A stretch of DNA of 64,000 nucleotides from positions 35,404,001 to 35,468,000 of the forward strand of contig NC_058368.1 of NCBI RefSeq assembly GCF_018350175.1. Reading direction: 5' to 3'. This DNA comes from Felis catus (Eukaryota). Numbering within the stretch: the first letter of the stretch is position 1; every line of letters begins with the position of its first letter. Positions 1-14,138 of the stretch are shown in pieces. Both the position numbers and the translations under genes were made by a program. The notes under the pieces were generated by a model that was not told the origin of the DNA, ran no database searches, and saw only the letters and a program-made list of their open reading frames with translations.

Positions 1-38
1 TCTCTCAAGAATAAATACAACCTTTAAAATAAAAAAGA
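1..38 (+). mobile_element. 3' tail of a Can-SINE truncated by the window edge
   Basis: TCTCTCAAGAATAAATA...AAAATAAAAAAG matches the (CT)n-AATAAA-A-rich end of the other SINEC copies in this window. Confidence 0.6.
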
Positions 39-593
39 GTGGGTTGTTATTCAGATGAGTGAGCTCTTACTCAGGAGCTTGAAGAGTTCCAGACTCCTAG
101 TGATGGAAACATGGACATTGCAGAGGGACAGCCTTACCCTTATGGCACAGCTATTCTCCTCAACCCTGCTGCTGTGGGCCTGTGGAGCTGAGGCTGTCCC
201 TAGTGTTCTTGCCCTTCTGGACTTCTGTCAACAAGGCTCCTAGGTTGCTGAGACTGCAAAGGCAATAGTGATCGTTCCCACTGGTCTCCACCTCTCTCCA
301 CAGTGGTAGCCAACATTGTCCATAGAAAGTGTAATAGCTTTGGGAGAGTTTTACAGAAACCCCTAACTATGTGTATCTATTCTGTTCAATAGGGTATATG
401 AAATATTGACCAAAAACAATTCTGGAAGGCAGGCATATCAAGAGGCCTATAGCCAATGACACAGATGAATTCTGACTCCTACCCTGATGTAGCTGTTTTG
501 CTTTGGTGATTAAAATGTTTCCTGAGTGTTAATACATCAAGATCAACCCAAGAAAACTGGGGGACGGTAGTAAACTCCAAAATGTCTCCTAGA

Positions 594-729
594 TAGGATT
601 GCTAGATAAAATACAGAATGGCCAATTAAATTTGGATTTTAGATAAACCATGAATTTTTTTTAGTATAAGTATGTCCCATGCAATATTTTTATTCATTGC
701 ATTTTTATTTGCTATATTTGACAACCCTA
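594..729. mobile_element. MER53-like hAT MITE, internally deleted
   Basis: Imperfect terminal inverted repeats TAGGATTGCTAGAT...ATTTGACAACCCTA; internal GATAAAATACAG...AATTAAATTTG...TAGTATAAGTATGTCCCATGCAATATTT matches recalled MER53 consensus. Confidence 0.75.
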
Positions 730-1299
730 CTCCAAAGGAATTTTATAAAATTAATAGAGGTTTATGAATAGCTAAACTTGGTCTGTCTTAAAGTTACAAA
801 CTTCAAATGAATATGCCTCAGAAATAATGGAAAAGTTTTAAAGCCTCCTTCCCCAAAATTACCCATTCTAGGGTCCCCATGTCACCAACTGAGTTTGGAA
901 AGATACATGCAAAGCTGAAATAAGTCAATAGTCACCTAAGTTATTCCCTCTCTGCTTTGCCCCCATACACTCCATAATTCCCTATGTCTCCACAATTTCA
1001 AGTGATGGTTTAGAGAATGGAGAAAGAAACATCATGAGATTGGCTCTCACAACCATTAGAACGTGGTGTGAGTGAGAGTCCAGAGGAATGGGATAAAAAA
1101 GAAACACCCTTAGGCATGGTCCCTAGGATAATACCCCCTTCTTGCTATAAGCCTTTCATAGCACTGGCCTCCCCTGTGGGGTCTTTGGCTTAGCCTTGGA
1201 TAAATAAATATTCTACACCTTTTTACCCTAAATAGTTTTTAAGAAAAAAGAAAGATGAAAGAAATCTTTCCTAATGAATGTTTTAGAATTCCCAGTTCA

Positions 1300-1424
1300 G
1301 GGGCACCTGAATGGCTCAATCGGTCATGCACCCAATTTTGGCTCATATCATGATCTCACGGTTCGTGAATTCGAGCCCCATGTTGGGCTCTGTGCTGACA
1401 GCTCAGAGCCTGGAGCCTGCTTCC

Positions 1425-1476
<52 letters not shown>

Positions 1477-1530
1477 CTCCCCTGCTTGTGCTCTGTCTCT
1501 CAAAAATAAATAAACATTTAAAAAAATTAA
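1300..1530 (+). mobile_element. Can-SINE (SINEC_Fc type)
   Basis: GGGGCACCTG..GGCTCA head, TCATGATCTCACGGTTCGTG..TTCGAGCCC B-box region, GCTGACAGCTCAGAGCCTGGAGCCTGC, (CT)n, AATAAA/A tail; degenerate TSD AGAATTCCCAGTTCA / AAATTTCCCAATTTA. Confidence 0.95.
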
Positions 1531-4500
1531 AATTTCCCAATTTAAATGTAGAGAATCTGGAACAGCACAGTAAGCCTGCCATTTGTATTCTATTTACTTA
1601 GAGCAAAGATGATGTTCCCTAATTATTGAAGGTCAGCTGTTACCAGAGCACACCCTGTGTCATACTACCTAATGGTGAAAGTCATATGGTAGCTGAAACA
1701 TGAAAGAAATGCAGTATATTAAAGTCTGCTATCAATTCAGTAGGGAAGAGCCAGCTGGATAAATCAGAATAGACTTCAGATAATCACTATATATGAACCT
1801 GAAAATTTATCCACATCCCTATCTCAAAAGCTAACACATTTCATGCTCTTTCTCATATTTAAATCTAGATAAGTGAATTTCCAATATCCTTTGAGGATGC
1901 AGCTGTTGTTTAACACTGTGATTTCATATTTATACAGCTCTTCTCATCATAGGATCTTAGACCATTTTACCAGCATAATTCAGTATTAATAATCATAAAA
2001 AAACAATAATTTCAGCTACATTATTCTACTGGGCACCTAGTCAGGAACACATTTATTTTCCTGGGCATTTGGAAGTTCCTGCTTTATCCTCAAGGAGAAA
2101 AAGCAGCCAAATCTTCTGATCCCCCAGAGGAAAATAAAAAATAATTAAGGCCAGCCAACAGGACAAAAGAATGATGTTTTCAAACAAACTCTGCTTGTGG
2201 GAACCACTAGAAAACCATTTTATATGTTCCAGGAAAGAAGAAATTGGTTTGGCAATGTGGTGAAAAATTTGACAATATTTATATAGGAAAGGAAACCAAT
2301 TCTTGTATAGATTAGGCTTAGATAAATTTGTATTTTTAAAGTAATGTGGTAACTCCCCCAAATGTGACTATTAAAAATCAACTTAGAAATGTGTTTTCCA
2401 TGTGAATAAATTATTAAAGGCCGCCTCCTCTATGAGCCCTGCACCTAGAATATTCTATTCTCTCCCTGTACTCTAAGATCTTACCCTACCCAACAATATA
2501 GCCAGGATGGTTATTTGTATCACTGATAACTAACATCTGATGCAGGGAACATTTGTTCCTAGAACTCCTAGTAACTCCTTCTCATCCCACCAGACAAATC
2601 AGATCCCCTTTTATTTTTCTCACCTGCACACCGTTTATTTAACTCCACCTCAAGCCAGCTTTCTCAGGTACTTACACACCCCTCTCCCAACACTTAACTA
2701 TAGCACCATAAGTAAAAGGGACTTTGGCACAACGTACTATTTCCTGAATCAAGGAGTGACCACTGAGAATTTAGTTGAAAATTTAGGAGAAGGGGGGAGA
2801 AGGAACTCCAGGTAGCAAAATGAGCAAGGGTGTCTGCTCCGTCTTGGAAGCGATGTGCAGCCCTGTGTGTGTGAAGATTAGCTGTAAAACTTGGCAGATT
2901 CTCACCAGATGCTAACAGTGATTTTTAAGCAGTTCAAATAACTTGGATAACTATGCCTCATTAAATGACATTGTGCATGTCAAACACCGCATAGCACGGT
3001 TTATTTTGGCTGATTTGCATATCGAAATCTTGGTACTGCATCATTTCTCCCATTTTAAAATGAAATCTCCTTTTGAAAGTTCCTGTTTTTTCTTTTTTCT
3101 TTCTTTTTTTTTAAATCGTCCACACATCAGCTCTTCTCCCCCCAAAACGCATGCCATTCACTCAAATCAGGTCACAAAACTGAAGAAGTAGCACGCTGGG
3201 AAAACAGACTGAACAGTGGACATTATTAGACACTATGGGATTACTTAAGTAGCTCCAGAAAGAAATTGCATTTCCATGTCACAGTGGTCTGAGATGGATT
3301 TAGGACAAGGCAACGCGAGTAATAAGGATGTCTGTTGAATGTCATGAATCCTACTAAATCAATTAGTTGCTAAGATATAAGAAGATTTTCTCTACCGTCT
3401 TCCTCACCCTCAGTGCTACAAAGGCCATGAAGTTATCAAGCACAGGGGACTGGAGTGTTCTGCCAGCGTTCAGCTGCTGCAGGAGGCTCCTAAATGGAAA
3501 ATTACTCTGATTGTGAAAGTACAATTTCAGATGGCAAGCATCATCAATGACACTGAACTTCTCTGCTGAAACTCAGAGAAAGCCCAAGTGTTTATCCCAT
3601 TCTAAAGATACAATTAGCTAAAGTTTTTATCTCCACATCTGAAGAGCCTGAAACAGACAAGTGCCCGATGAGCATTTCTGGTTGAGAAAAGCAGGACAGA
3701 ATCCCACACTGGGCTGGTTTCTTTTTCTTTCCATTAACTGACTTTTTGAATAGGCAGCAATTAATCACTCCTCTCTGCTTACAAAGACAATTAGAGCTTT
3801 GTGCTCTAACTCCAGTTTGATGAGTAGTTAGGGTAGAGAAGCATCATGGTCAGAATTTTCATCATTAAAGTAAGAGTTTATGCAGAGTATAATGACCAAG
3901 CAATTTTTATCTGCATGAGAATACATCATTTCAGAAAAAAGTTGATTTTTTTTTTTTTGACAAAACAAGAACGTTACTGAAACATCCTTGGAAAGCGATA
4001 AAGTACAAGTAAATATATTGTTCATGATTCCATAGAACAGTGCAAAGACCATGCAACCAAGAGGGTATTATCCATTAATGTTACTCTAAGGGGCTACACT
4101 TCATCCAAGCAGTCTCCCACTGTGCTAGACCTCCTTGATATTTTATTTTGGAATTTAATTTAAAGATTAGAGTACATTCACTCTCTAATTATTTGTTCCT
4201 TGAGGCTGAATGTAATTTTTGAAAACTTCCAAAATTTATATGAAAATTCATCAGTCAAGTCTGATGAATGAGGGTCCCCAAAGTGACCACATTGAAAACC
4301 AATGCTCCTTAATGAATAGCATGTTTATCATGCCCATTCAGTTAAGCAATATTTATCAACTAAGATCTTGCCATGCGTAAAGTGTCAAGGTGGAGACATA
4401 TAAGTAAGAATACACATGCACCCTCCCCATTAAGGAGTTTATAGCATACCAAGGAGAAAAAAATAGATACTTGGACACTTGCAGAACATCATCAATGATT

Positions 4501-4988
4501 TATCAACCAAGTGCTCTGAAAGCAAGAACAAAGAAATGATTAAGTCCAACTGATTAAATCCATTATGAGAGGATTGGTGGAGAAAGTTGAATCTGATGTG
4601 GGCCTTAAGAGATGAGTAAGATCTCAACAGAGGAAATCAGTGACAGATAGGAAAGGAAGCACTTGTTAAACACATGTGATAGTGAAGTGATGACACATAA
4701 GAAAGTGCAGAATGTGTTATCCTGTTCTAAGTCAAGCCTTATTTGAAAACCACGAGGCTAGAAAAGTAGAAATGCGGCCACTGAGAAACGTACAACTGGA
4801 TAGGACCTGTGAGAGCATCGAATTCTACTCTCTTGTTTTATAGGTGAAGAAACAAATAGCTAGAGTAACTTGTAAGGTCACAAGGATAACTAGACCTAGC
4901 CAGACCTGAACCCAAATCTTCCACCACCCAAACCAGTTCCTTTGCACCACCCTTGTCTAGTCTGGCATCACATCATGGAAAGTGGTTC

Positions 4989-5213
4989 TTTTTTTTTTTT
5001 TTTAATGTTTATATATTTTGGAGAGAAAGAGACAGAGACTATGCTTGAGTGCACGTGCCTGCGAGGGAGGGCAGTGAGAAAGGGGGACAGAGGACCTGAA
5101 GCAGGCTCCATGCTGACAGTAGAGAGCCTGTTGCAGGGCTCAAACTCCAAAACCCTGATATCATGACCTGAGCTGAAGTCAGACCTTTAACTGACTGAGC
5201 CACCCAGGTGCCC
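4989..5213 (-). mobile_element. Can-SINE
   Basis: Poly-T start, ends CTGAGCCACCCAGGTGCCC; TSD GAAAGTGGTTCT / GAAGGTGGTTCT. Confidence 0.93.
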
Positions 5214-6929
5214 AGAAGGTGGTTCTCATACGCAATAACCAGTTTGAAGTTTTTGAGCAGAACGGTGATATGATCACAAATGCATATACTGAAGAAAACT
5301 CCAAAAGCAGTGAGAAAAAACTGGAGAGAGAACTGGTTAAAAATCTTCTGTAGTCATCTAAGTCAGAGATAATGGGAGCCTGAACTGGAATTGGGATGAC
5401 TGAAATAGAAAGGAAGTGATGGACTCAAGGGTCATTTCAAGGATGAAATTGCTGCAACTTGGTGATGAGAGAGGAGAAAATTACAGATGATGATCAAGCT
5501 CTAGAGCTGGAGCAAAAGCAGACGTTACCCCATCACCTGAGAAAGGAAAGGGGGGCTGGATAAAAGACTTAGAGGGAGAAGACAGTTAACTCTGTGTCCC
5601 CCTATGGTGGCGAGCGGCACTCAGTCACTCCTCAGAAGCCAGGACCTAATTCTCTGCTTCCAAGTTTCTGGCCCCTAGAGCATATATGCAAAGATCAGTG
5701 GTGAATGGGGACAAAATATCACCTTTATTGATGGCTGGTGAAGAACAACAAAAACATAAGCTTTGGGGTACAGTACTAGAGATTTACCAAGATAATTTTA
5801 CTTATTTATTCTTGTTTGCCCCAAGTCAAGCATTTAGGAAACAGGGTAACGTATCTACAGGGCAGAGCCTGTATCAGCTTCCCAGTCAGCATCAAGGGCA
5901 GTTTCACAGCCCAGATGGAGACAGGATGCAGAGAACCCTTCCCCATAAGAACAGACAAAGGAAGGGGAGATCTTCTCCTTGATTCTTCATTTTGAGGACA
6001 ACGGCCCCACCCTCTCATTAATCATTGTGAGTGTGCATCAAACTCTGACCAAGCTGAATAACCAACCCTCCTCCTCAAAGGAAACAGAAAGGGAGAGAGG
6101 CAGGAACTTCCTTCCCAACACGCCTCTGCAAAAGCCAAACTTGCAACAGAGGAAAAAGAACAGCAAACTTCCTTGCTCCGTTTCTGAGGTCAGAAATCTG
6201 AGAGTCACCCTCTTCTACAGCATTCCCTTCTCCCATGACAGACAAATAATCCTCAAGTTCTATCGATTCTATCTCTTGAATGCAACACAACTCTGTTACC
6301 ACTTTCCCCAATGGTAGTTTCTTCTCATCTCCCTAAATCAGTGGAGTAGAATCTCCTATGTCTTAATCTCTGGCTTCACAACCTTCCATTTCATTCTTTA
6401 CAATGCCGAAAGACACTGAAATGCAATGTAATCACATTCTCCTGACATCAAAACTCTCCACATGCTCCCAGTCATTTGAATAGTATCCAAATACTTGTCA
6501 GGATTGGATTTATTGCAATTATTTGTTGTCATAGCCTCCTATCCTACTAAACTTTGAGTTCATTTATAGCAGGGACTTTTTTTCTAATTTGTGTATTGCC
6601 AATGCCTGGAAATGCATGTAAGTGTTCAAAAACATATTTTGACCTGTACAAAAAAGCCTTCTACATCTGGCCCTTCCCATGTCTCCAACTCTGTGTCCTA
6701 TGTGCCACAGTCCTTTCAGTCTCTGCTTAATTCTCATGAAAGCTCTAATTCCAGATAAACCTAACTATTTGCAGGTTCCTGAGTATTCCTGTCTCATTCC
6801 CTCACATTTGTATACTGGCTTTGCTCACTTCTTTCTGTTCTTCTTTTCCACTTAAGTATATTTCCTATATATTACCTATATTCTAAACTATCATCTCATG
6901 CCTCCCTTCCTCCAAATAGCCTTTCCTAA

Positions 6930-7127
6930 GGCAATTTCAATTGAGAGAGAGAGAGAGAGAGTATGTGCATATGAGTAGGGAAGAGAGGCAGAGGAAGAGG
7001 GAAAGAGAAGCAGGCTCCAAGCTCAGCAGAGAGCCCAATGCAGGGCTCGATCCCATGACTCTGTGATCGCGACCTGAACCCAAATCAAGAGTCAGACACT
7101 CAACCAACTGACCCACCCAGGAGCTCC
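6930..7127 (-). mobile_element. Can-SINE (older subfamily) lacking a poly(A) tail
   Basis: (GA)n then body to CCACCCAGGAGCTCC; TSD AGCCTTTCCTAA (6918-6929) / AGCCTTTTCTAA (7128-7139). Confidence 0.88.
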
Positions 7128-7367
7128 AGCCTTTTCTAATCTTAATTCTTCTTTCTCAACACACCGACTGAGCCCAGACTGAGTAGAGGACTCTTCCAAT
7201 GTACATATCCCTAACACTGAATTTATCAAACTACTTCATAATAGTGGTTCACCTTCTTTCTTCCCACATAAACGTTAAGTTTCTTAATGGCGCATGGGTC
7301 TTCATTGCTGGAAGTAGGACTGAATGACACATACGTTCAGTAAGTGAAAAAAGAACAAAAGAACAAC

Positions 7368-7428
7368 AGGAAGGAAGGAAGGAAGGAAGGAAGGAAGGAA
7401 GGAAGGAAGGAAGGGAGGGAGGGAGGAA
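7368..7428 (+). repeat. (GGAA)n/(GGGA)n microsatellite
   Basis: Directly visible tandem repeat. Confidence 0.95.
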
Positions 7429-8319
7429 AAGAAGAAAAAGCAAGCTCAATATTTTACATAATGAGTTTTTCAACAGAACATTCATTAAGAAATGTCCAAT
7501 AGATCCACAGGGTCGAGTGGATGGACAGAAGGTTGAGCGTCTATTCCCCTGTCTTCCTGCTAATTACTTTGTTTTACTAGACCTTCAGAAAGAATTCAAT
7601 AACTAGAGGGTTCATTCTAAGTTGCATTTTAAGTTGTTAGGAAACAGAGTAAAAACAAATCTTTTAAGGAGAGCCATGTTTATTAAAAAGTTTCCTCATT
7701 TTGGCTTAAGTCCTTTGGAGTTAAGCTAGGCAGAAAATGTCTCCTACCCAAATAAAAGGTGAAGCTATAAAAAGTAAGCAAGGTCAAATTCAACTACATT
7801 TATAAAATATTTGACAATTCCTACACCACCGAAAAATCATCATGTCCCCTTCAGTACATTGTCTGGTTGCTGCCTCCTGTCTTGGCAAATGCATTTCACA
7901 GTCATGGTCACAATCACGAAATACAACATTCCAAAAATTAAACTATAGTCTGTTCTTCTGGGATGGAAGTCAAAGGTCCTTCAAAAAATTCTTACAGGAA
8001 TATGCAAGAACACATGAAATACTCAAAAAAAAAATCATTGTAAACTAAATAAGTTACAGTTGGAGGAAGAGCTTATGGTGATAACATATCACTTATGAGG
8101 ACCAATTTAGAGTGCTAGATAAGTCGTCAGAAAACAAGCTTTGTTCTGCAAAGTTGTGCTTTTAGCACTTTTGCTTCTTTGGAGAAGAAAGCCGAGCAAG
8201 AAAATTAAAGTTCCTCCCAGTGATAGCAAATATGTAACTGCTGACACTTCCACTCAGCGTCTGTTTTGTCTTTTCCTTGTCTGTTTTCATTTTCCTGACA
8301 AACCTATTTGACTAGGGTT

Positions 8320-9050
8320 CTTCATTCAGTCAATAAATGTTTATTGCATACCTATTATATGAACACAATGGTTAACAAAATGCATTCCTTGCCCTGGAGC
8401 TTTAGCAGGTAAATTAAAAAAACAAAGACGAAATCAAGGTGTGATAAGGGCTAAGCTGAGGAAGCAGGTGGAAAAATAAAGTAATCTAGTCTGGAGAAGG
8501 GGGTTTAGTGAAGACTTGAGGTGAAAGTCATTGATAAACTGAGTTAATCAAGCTGAGGAGAGTGGTAGAGCCATAGGGGGAAAGAAATAAGGGGGCAGAG
8601 AAAGGATTTTCCCATCTGAGGGAACAGCATCTGCAAAAGAAAGGAAAAACATATTTTGAAGAGATTTACAAACATATCAGTACCTTGTAATATATACTGT
8701 AAAAGAAAAAAAAACATAGAAGAGCAGTCTGGAAAGATAAACAACAGGATCGTGCAAATTCTGGTAGGACAAGTGAAGGAGTTGGATTTTATTGTAAGGA
8801 CTGTGGGTTACACTGAAAAGTCTTAACCTCATGGTTTGGGTTTTAGAAAGACCATAGGCTATTTGTGTGGAGAAAAACGAGACTTGAGACAGTTTGGAGA
8901 TTGTCCTGCTAACACAGGTGAGAGGTGATGGTGGCCTAACTCAAGAAACCAGTAATGATGTGGAAGGACCTGGATAAATTGGGATGGTATCACGGAGAAA
9001 GAAGCTGTAACAGGACTCGATATGTAGGTGTGGGAATTTAAACAGGGAGA
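8320..9050 (-). mobile_element. LINE-2 3' fragment (ancient)
   Basis: Begins CATTCAGTCAATAAATGTTTATTG (reverse complement of the L2 3' end), followed by typical degenerate purine-rich L2 sequence. Confidence 0.65.
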
Positions 9051-9077
9051 AATCACTCTCCACATTCCTTATACCAT

Positions 9078-9089
9078 CTTCCTTCCTTC

Positions 9090-9128
<39 letters not shown>

Positions 9129-9225
9129 TCCTTCCTTCCTTCCTTCCTTCCTTCCTTCCTTCCTTCCTTCCTTCCTTTCTTTCTTTCTTTCTCTCTTTCT
9201 CTCTTTCTCTCTTTCTTTCTTCTTT
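9078..9225 (+). repeat. Compound (TTCC)n/(TTTC)n pyrimidine microsatellite
   Basis: Directly visible. Confidence 0.95.
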
Positions 9226-9949
9226 TTAAACATGATCTATAGAACCTAAGCACCAATGGTGTTCACACATCCTAGGAAGTCACCCAAGGCAGCTGTGTGG
9301 CCTATATCTAATTGTTTCTGTTGATGGGCTAAGAATACTGATAGAAATGAAACTTCCTATCCAATTAATAGATATTTTTTCATTGCTCTAGGAAAATGGA
9401 ATGTTCAACACTATACCTAGGAGGTTGAATGAAAAATACCTGAAAAGATAAGAAGAATAATGACTGAAATCTGTGATTACTATTCCCCACATAAGTTACT
9501 AATACTTTAGAAACCAGCTATATATGCCTCAGTGAATCTGATGTGTTTCTGATTCTGTGTTGCTATTTCTGATCAAAACAAAAGGAGTTTCTATAATTAT
9601 TATTTCATGTAAGTTCATGTCTCATGATTCTTTTTTTGTACCTATAATTCAAATGAACTTCAAATCTAGTCATAAGCCTTTAGATTGTTTTCCCTCCAAA
9701 ATCTGAGAATGAATTGAAATTCTCCTCACATTTGCATGAAATCTATATGGAAAGTATGGTTCCCTACTAGGAGACTTTTCAACCAAAGATAAATGTAAGC
9801 AAATTTCAAAATGTTCCAAGCATCGCCCAGTCTGCTTTTTACCGCATCAACCATGAGACAAACAACAACAAAACAAAACATAGGGAAAAAGTTCTTTGTG
9901 CCTTGAGCAAACAGAGAGGAATAACAGTGAAAATCTAAACATACCACCT

Positions 9950-10388
9950 TTATTATGCTAAGTGAAATGAGTCAGGGAAAGACAAATATATGATTTCACT
10001 TATATGTGGAATCTAAAAAAAACACACAAAAGAACAAAGAAAACATAACAGAAACAGTCATAAATGTAGAGAATGGGTGGTTGCCAGAGGGGAGGGGTGG
10101 GGAAGTGGGCAAAATAGCTGAAAGGGATTAAGAAGTACAAACTTCCAGCTACGAAAGAAATAAGTCACAGGGATGTTAACTACAGAACAGGAAATATAGT
10201 CAGTAATATTACAGTAACTTTGTATGCTGACAGATGGTAACGAAACTTATCTTGGTGAGCACTGCATATCGTATAGAATTGTTGAATCGCTATGTTGTAC
10301 ACCTAGAACTAATATTATACTGTATGTGAACTATGTTTCAATTAAAAACTTAATTTTAAAAAATATTTTACAAACTTAAAAATAAAAC
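9950..10388 (+). mobile_element. 5'-truncated older L1, 3' end (L1MA9/L1_Carn-like)
   Basis: TTATGCTAAGTGAAAT...TCACTTATATGTGGAATCTAAAAA...TGTTGTACACCTAGAACTAAT...A-rich tail; possible TSD AAACATACCACC / GAACTTACCACC. Confidence 0.85.
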
Positions 10389-10924
10389 GAACTTACCACC
10401 CTGATAGTCTCCTTTAAGGAAATAAAAGTAACACCAGACTTCTGATAAGATATAAATGCCATGGGGTACTAAAAATATCAGTTATACAACAAGAAGGGAG
10501 AAGGGGCTAAGGAGTTGTTCATAAAGAAAAATCTTTCCCAAACTCCACATAACAAACTAACCCACATAATACTCAAAGGAACTTTATTTTTTTACTGCCC
10601 CTTCTCTGAAAGGTCAAAAGTACCAATCCAGTAAATGCATGTTGATAGGTTTGAGTCTGGGAAAAACAATATTCTAACATTACAACCCTTGGCAATAGCC
10701 CAGCAAATATACGACCAAACCAGAAAATTCTCTGACCATTACAACAGAATTGTACAATAAACACCAGGAGTATTTTAAGTTTCTCTGACTAGTATTCATG
10801 GGCACTACATCCCTAAAGAAAGAAGTTGGCTTAAATGTTTGAGGTAAAACTTTGTTTAAAAAAATAGAGGTTAGTAATTAGACAAACACCTACCTTGATC
10901 TAGCACCCTACCTTGGAAGAATAT

Positions 10925-11353
10925 AAGGGCCCTTATGAATGTTACCTTACCTGGAAAAGCATCTTTGCAGATGTGATTAAGTTAAAAATCTTAAGATGGG
11001 AAGATGTTCTTGGATTATCCGGGCAGGTCCTAAATGCAATCATAAATGTCTTTGTAAAGAACAGCAGCAAGGGATTTGATACAGGCGAGACGTTGTCGTG
11101 ACCACAGAGGCAGGGGATGTAGGGTGCAGCCACAAGCCAAGGAACCCCTGAGTTACCAGAAGCTGGAAGAGACAAGGAACAGATGCTCCCTTAGAGCCTC
11201 CAGAGGGAGCGGGCCCTGCCGACATCTTGCTTTCAGCCCAGTGATACTGATTTTGGACTTCGGACCGACAGAATTGTGAGAGAACGAATTGGTCCTATTT
11301 GAAGCCACCAAGTTTGTGATAGCTTCTTAGAGCAGCCACAGGAAGGTAATACA
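10925..11353 (+). mobile_element. MaLR solo LTR (MLT1B-D-like)
   Basis: GAATGTTACCTTA..GGAAAAG..TCTTTGCAGATGTGATTAAGTT, CCACAAGCCAAGGAA, CCAGAAGCTGGAAGAGACAAGGAA, ends GCAGCCACAGGAAGGTAATACA. Confidence 0.85.
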
Positions 11354-13043
11354 GATGCCTTGGGTATGTATAGCAGGGGAGGGAGACAATTCTCATCACT
11401 CACTTTGCCACTCAGCAGTTCTCCTACACAATGCGCTCACGCCTTGGGCGTGAAACCTCATAAAAGAGGCAGAACTTTAACTGCTTTAACTGAAGACAGT
11501 CTCCTGGGCACCCACACGCCAGAGGAAACGGAAACTTCCATGCAATCAGAGCAGCCGCGCCCCGCTCAGTGAGGGAGTCAGGGGGTGGGTAAGAGACTGC
11601 ATCCTTTTCAGTACAGCTACTGTTACCAGTTGGGGCTGAAACCATTCTGGGAGCACGTCCCTTTGTATGACTCACTGGTTAGGAGAAATCAGACGCCAAG
11701 TGTGGAGTGACGGGAAGGCTTCCAGAGAAGATACTCTTTTCTCCAGCCCAGGAGTCAGAAGCAATGTGACTTTGGGCGAGTTGCTAACCTACTTCACAAC
11801 AGTGTCATAGGGCAGCTTTGCAATTAATTTGTAAATGCCCTTTGGCCCACAGAAAATCCATTCAGCCTGTGAGATTTGTATCTCCCAGAGCTACTGATTT
11901 GCATACCGTGCAGCCCTGCGGAGGAAACAAGTATCTGCCTGCAGTAGCTACAAATGCAGAGTTCTCTTAAAAACACAGGTTCCCTGCAAGATCCAAGCAG
12001 ACATGTAAGAAGGGGGAGACTGTGACATTTGTTTTGGTCCCACTGACGAAACCCTATTTGACACATTCTGATTCTGTTTAGCAAACGGGTATATTGGTAA
12101 GCATTTATTTCCTTGGACACTGAGGCAGTTGGCAAATTGTGTTCAGATGCTTCTGGATCCTCAGGAAAAGGGCACTGTATAAATCCAGGGAACTATTACG
12201 TGAGAGAGAGAGAGCCTTTATCTCCGGGTCTTAATAAAGAACTAAGCATAAGGCCTATCAGACTTCTAGTTCAGACACCAAATTGACCCCTCTGGGAGCT
12301 GGGAAAAGTCTCAATCTCCTTCCTGCCTTATATAGCAGTGGTAATAAAAGAGCATACACTGAGGATTAACTAAAGTTCACATACTGCCTTGAAGAGAAAA
12401 GTCTTGATTTAAGTGCTGAAAATTTATATTAGTGGGAGGGGAAAGACTGGAGAATGGCAAAAGGGATGGAAAGTTACAGCAAGTTATAATGAGAAATATA
12501 AATTGAAGCAGGTCTAAGGGAAAGACAAGAGATCAGATGCATGAAGGTAGGGGGTGGGAAAAGTGGCAAAAAAAAAGGAAAGACTTTTCCTCCATCTGTG
12601 TTGGCTTAGGCATGCTCTTCAGGTCCTAAAGGGAAGTATATTCTTTAGCAACAAAAGAATAATGATTCCAAGTGGAGAAAAGGAAAAAGGCAGCACGAGA
12701 ATATGAGGAAATGACGGAAGAAAAAAGAAGGCCAAGAACAAAAAGGTTAAGAGAGGGTAAGGGACATAATAAGACAACAGAGAATGAAATTCACAGCATC
12801 TATAACAGGATCTAGGAAGAGCCTTTTAGCCCCCAGTTCATTTTAAGGGCAAGAATTGTTGCCTTGATTTTATGAAGTCAGAGCTGGTCCATGCTGTCAC
12901 TCTCTTGCTTCAAAAGTGATTTGACCAAACCAAGTGGAAGCATAGGTCTAGCCCTATATGTATATATGTATTTCACTCACATTCAGAGTTCCTAACATAA
13001 AATACACTGACCACCAAAGCTGTATTTGCACATACACACCATA

Positions 13044-13044
<1 letters not shown>

Positions 13045-13088
<44 letters not shown>
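13045..13088 (+). repeat. (CA)n microsatellite
   Basis: Directly visible. Confidence 0.95.
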
Positions 13089-13090
<2 letters not shown>

Positions 13091-13857
13091 TTGGCAGAAT
13101 TCTGTTAAAAAGTTGAATACAATTAAATCATTTTCCAGGCTTCCATTATCAAGCAAATGGTTAGGTTTTTTTGTTTATCTGTATGTTTGGTTTTTAATCT
13201 AAATTATCCAAGCTTTACATAGTTGTAGCTGACAATATGCCTACAAAAGGTAACATTTTTAAATTCACCTAAATTGTTAAAGGCAAAGGTATTATATACC
13301 TCATTTTGTTTTTGTGCTAGACAATTCCAAAACCCATCTCATGGTTTTGTAAAAACCTTGGCCAAAATCCATCAGATAATAGTCACATCTCTCTTTGTGA
13401 TGTGAGGTATAATAGGGAGTGGAGAGGGAAGGTGACAAAATTGAACTGCTCCACAGTCCAAAGGAAAGAAAACATTTCTCCCAGTTCATGTATAAGCAGA
13501 TATCAGATTGCATATCCACTCCACCATGCTCTAATTTTTCAGTAGTACTCAGTTCTTTAACCCTGTTCCAAACGTCTGATTAAACTGTATCACCTGTGTA
13601 GCATTTTTAAGATATAATGATCTTATTTTTCCATCAGCATCATTCTTTTATTGGACAAAAGAATTGTGTAGGATCTGGTTAATGAATAGAAACCAGGCCA
13701 GTTATTTCATAAAGGGGATTTATACAAATAATTATCAATTGGGAATTATAAAACTGGAAACATGGAAGTATCCAGGTAGTTGAGACTTACCCTAGACCTG
13801 GAGGGAATGATGAGAGAAGATGAGGGGAGATGCTAGGAATTGTTAAAGTGCATTGAG

Positions 13858-14092
13858 CTGCAGTGGTCCAACATGGTAGCCACCAGCCACAATTGGTTTT
13901 GAGCACTTAAAATGCCACTAGTCTGGGGCGCCTAGGTGGTTCAGTCAGTTGAGCATCTGACTTCGGCTCAGGTCATGATCTCACGGTTTTTGAGTTCGAT
14001 CCCCACATCGGGCTCTGTGCTGACAGCTCAGAGCCTGGAGCCTCCTTCAGATTCTGTCTCTGTCTCTCTCTCTCAGCCAGTCCCCTGCTCAT

Positions 14093-14138
<46 letters not shown>

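Noticed and set aside
1274..1601. ORFs with SLSLSL or RERERE runs here and at 9028, 13936, 24584, 38201, 46661 and 51173
   Set aside because: Translations of Can-SINEs and microsatellites
2701..2712. TAGCACCAT resembling the miR-29 5' end
   Set aside because: Match stops after 9 nt and no hairpin is evident
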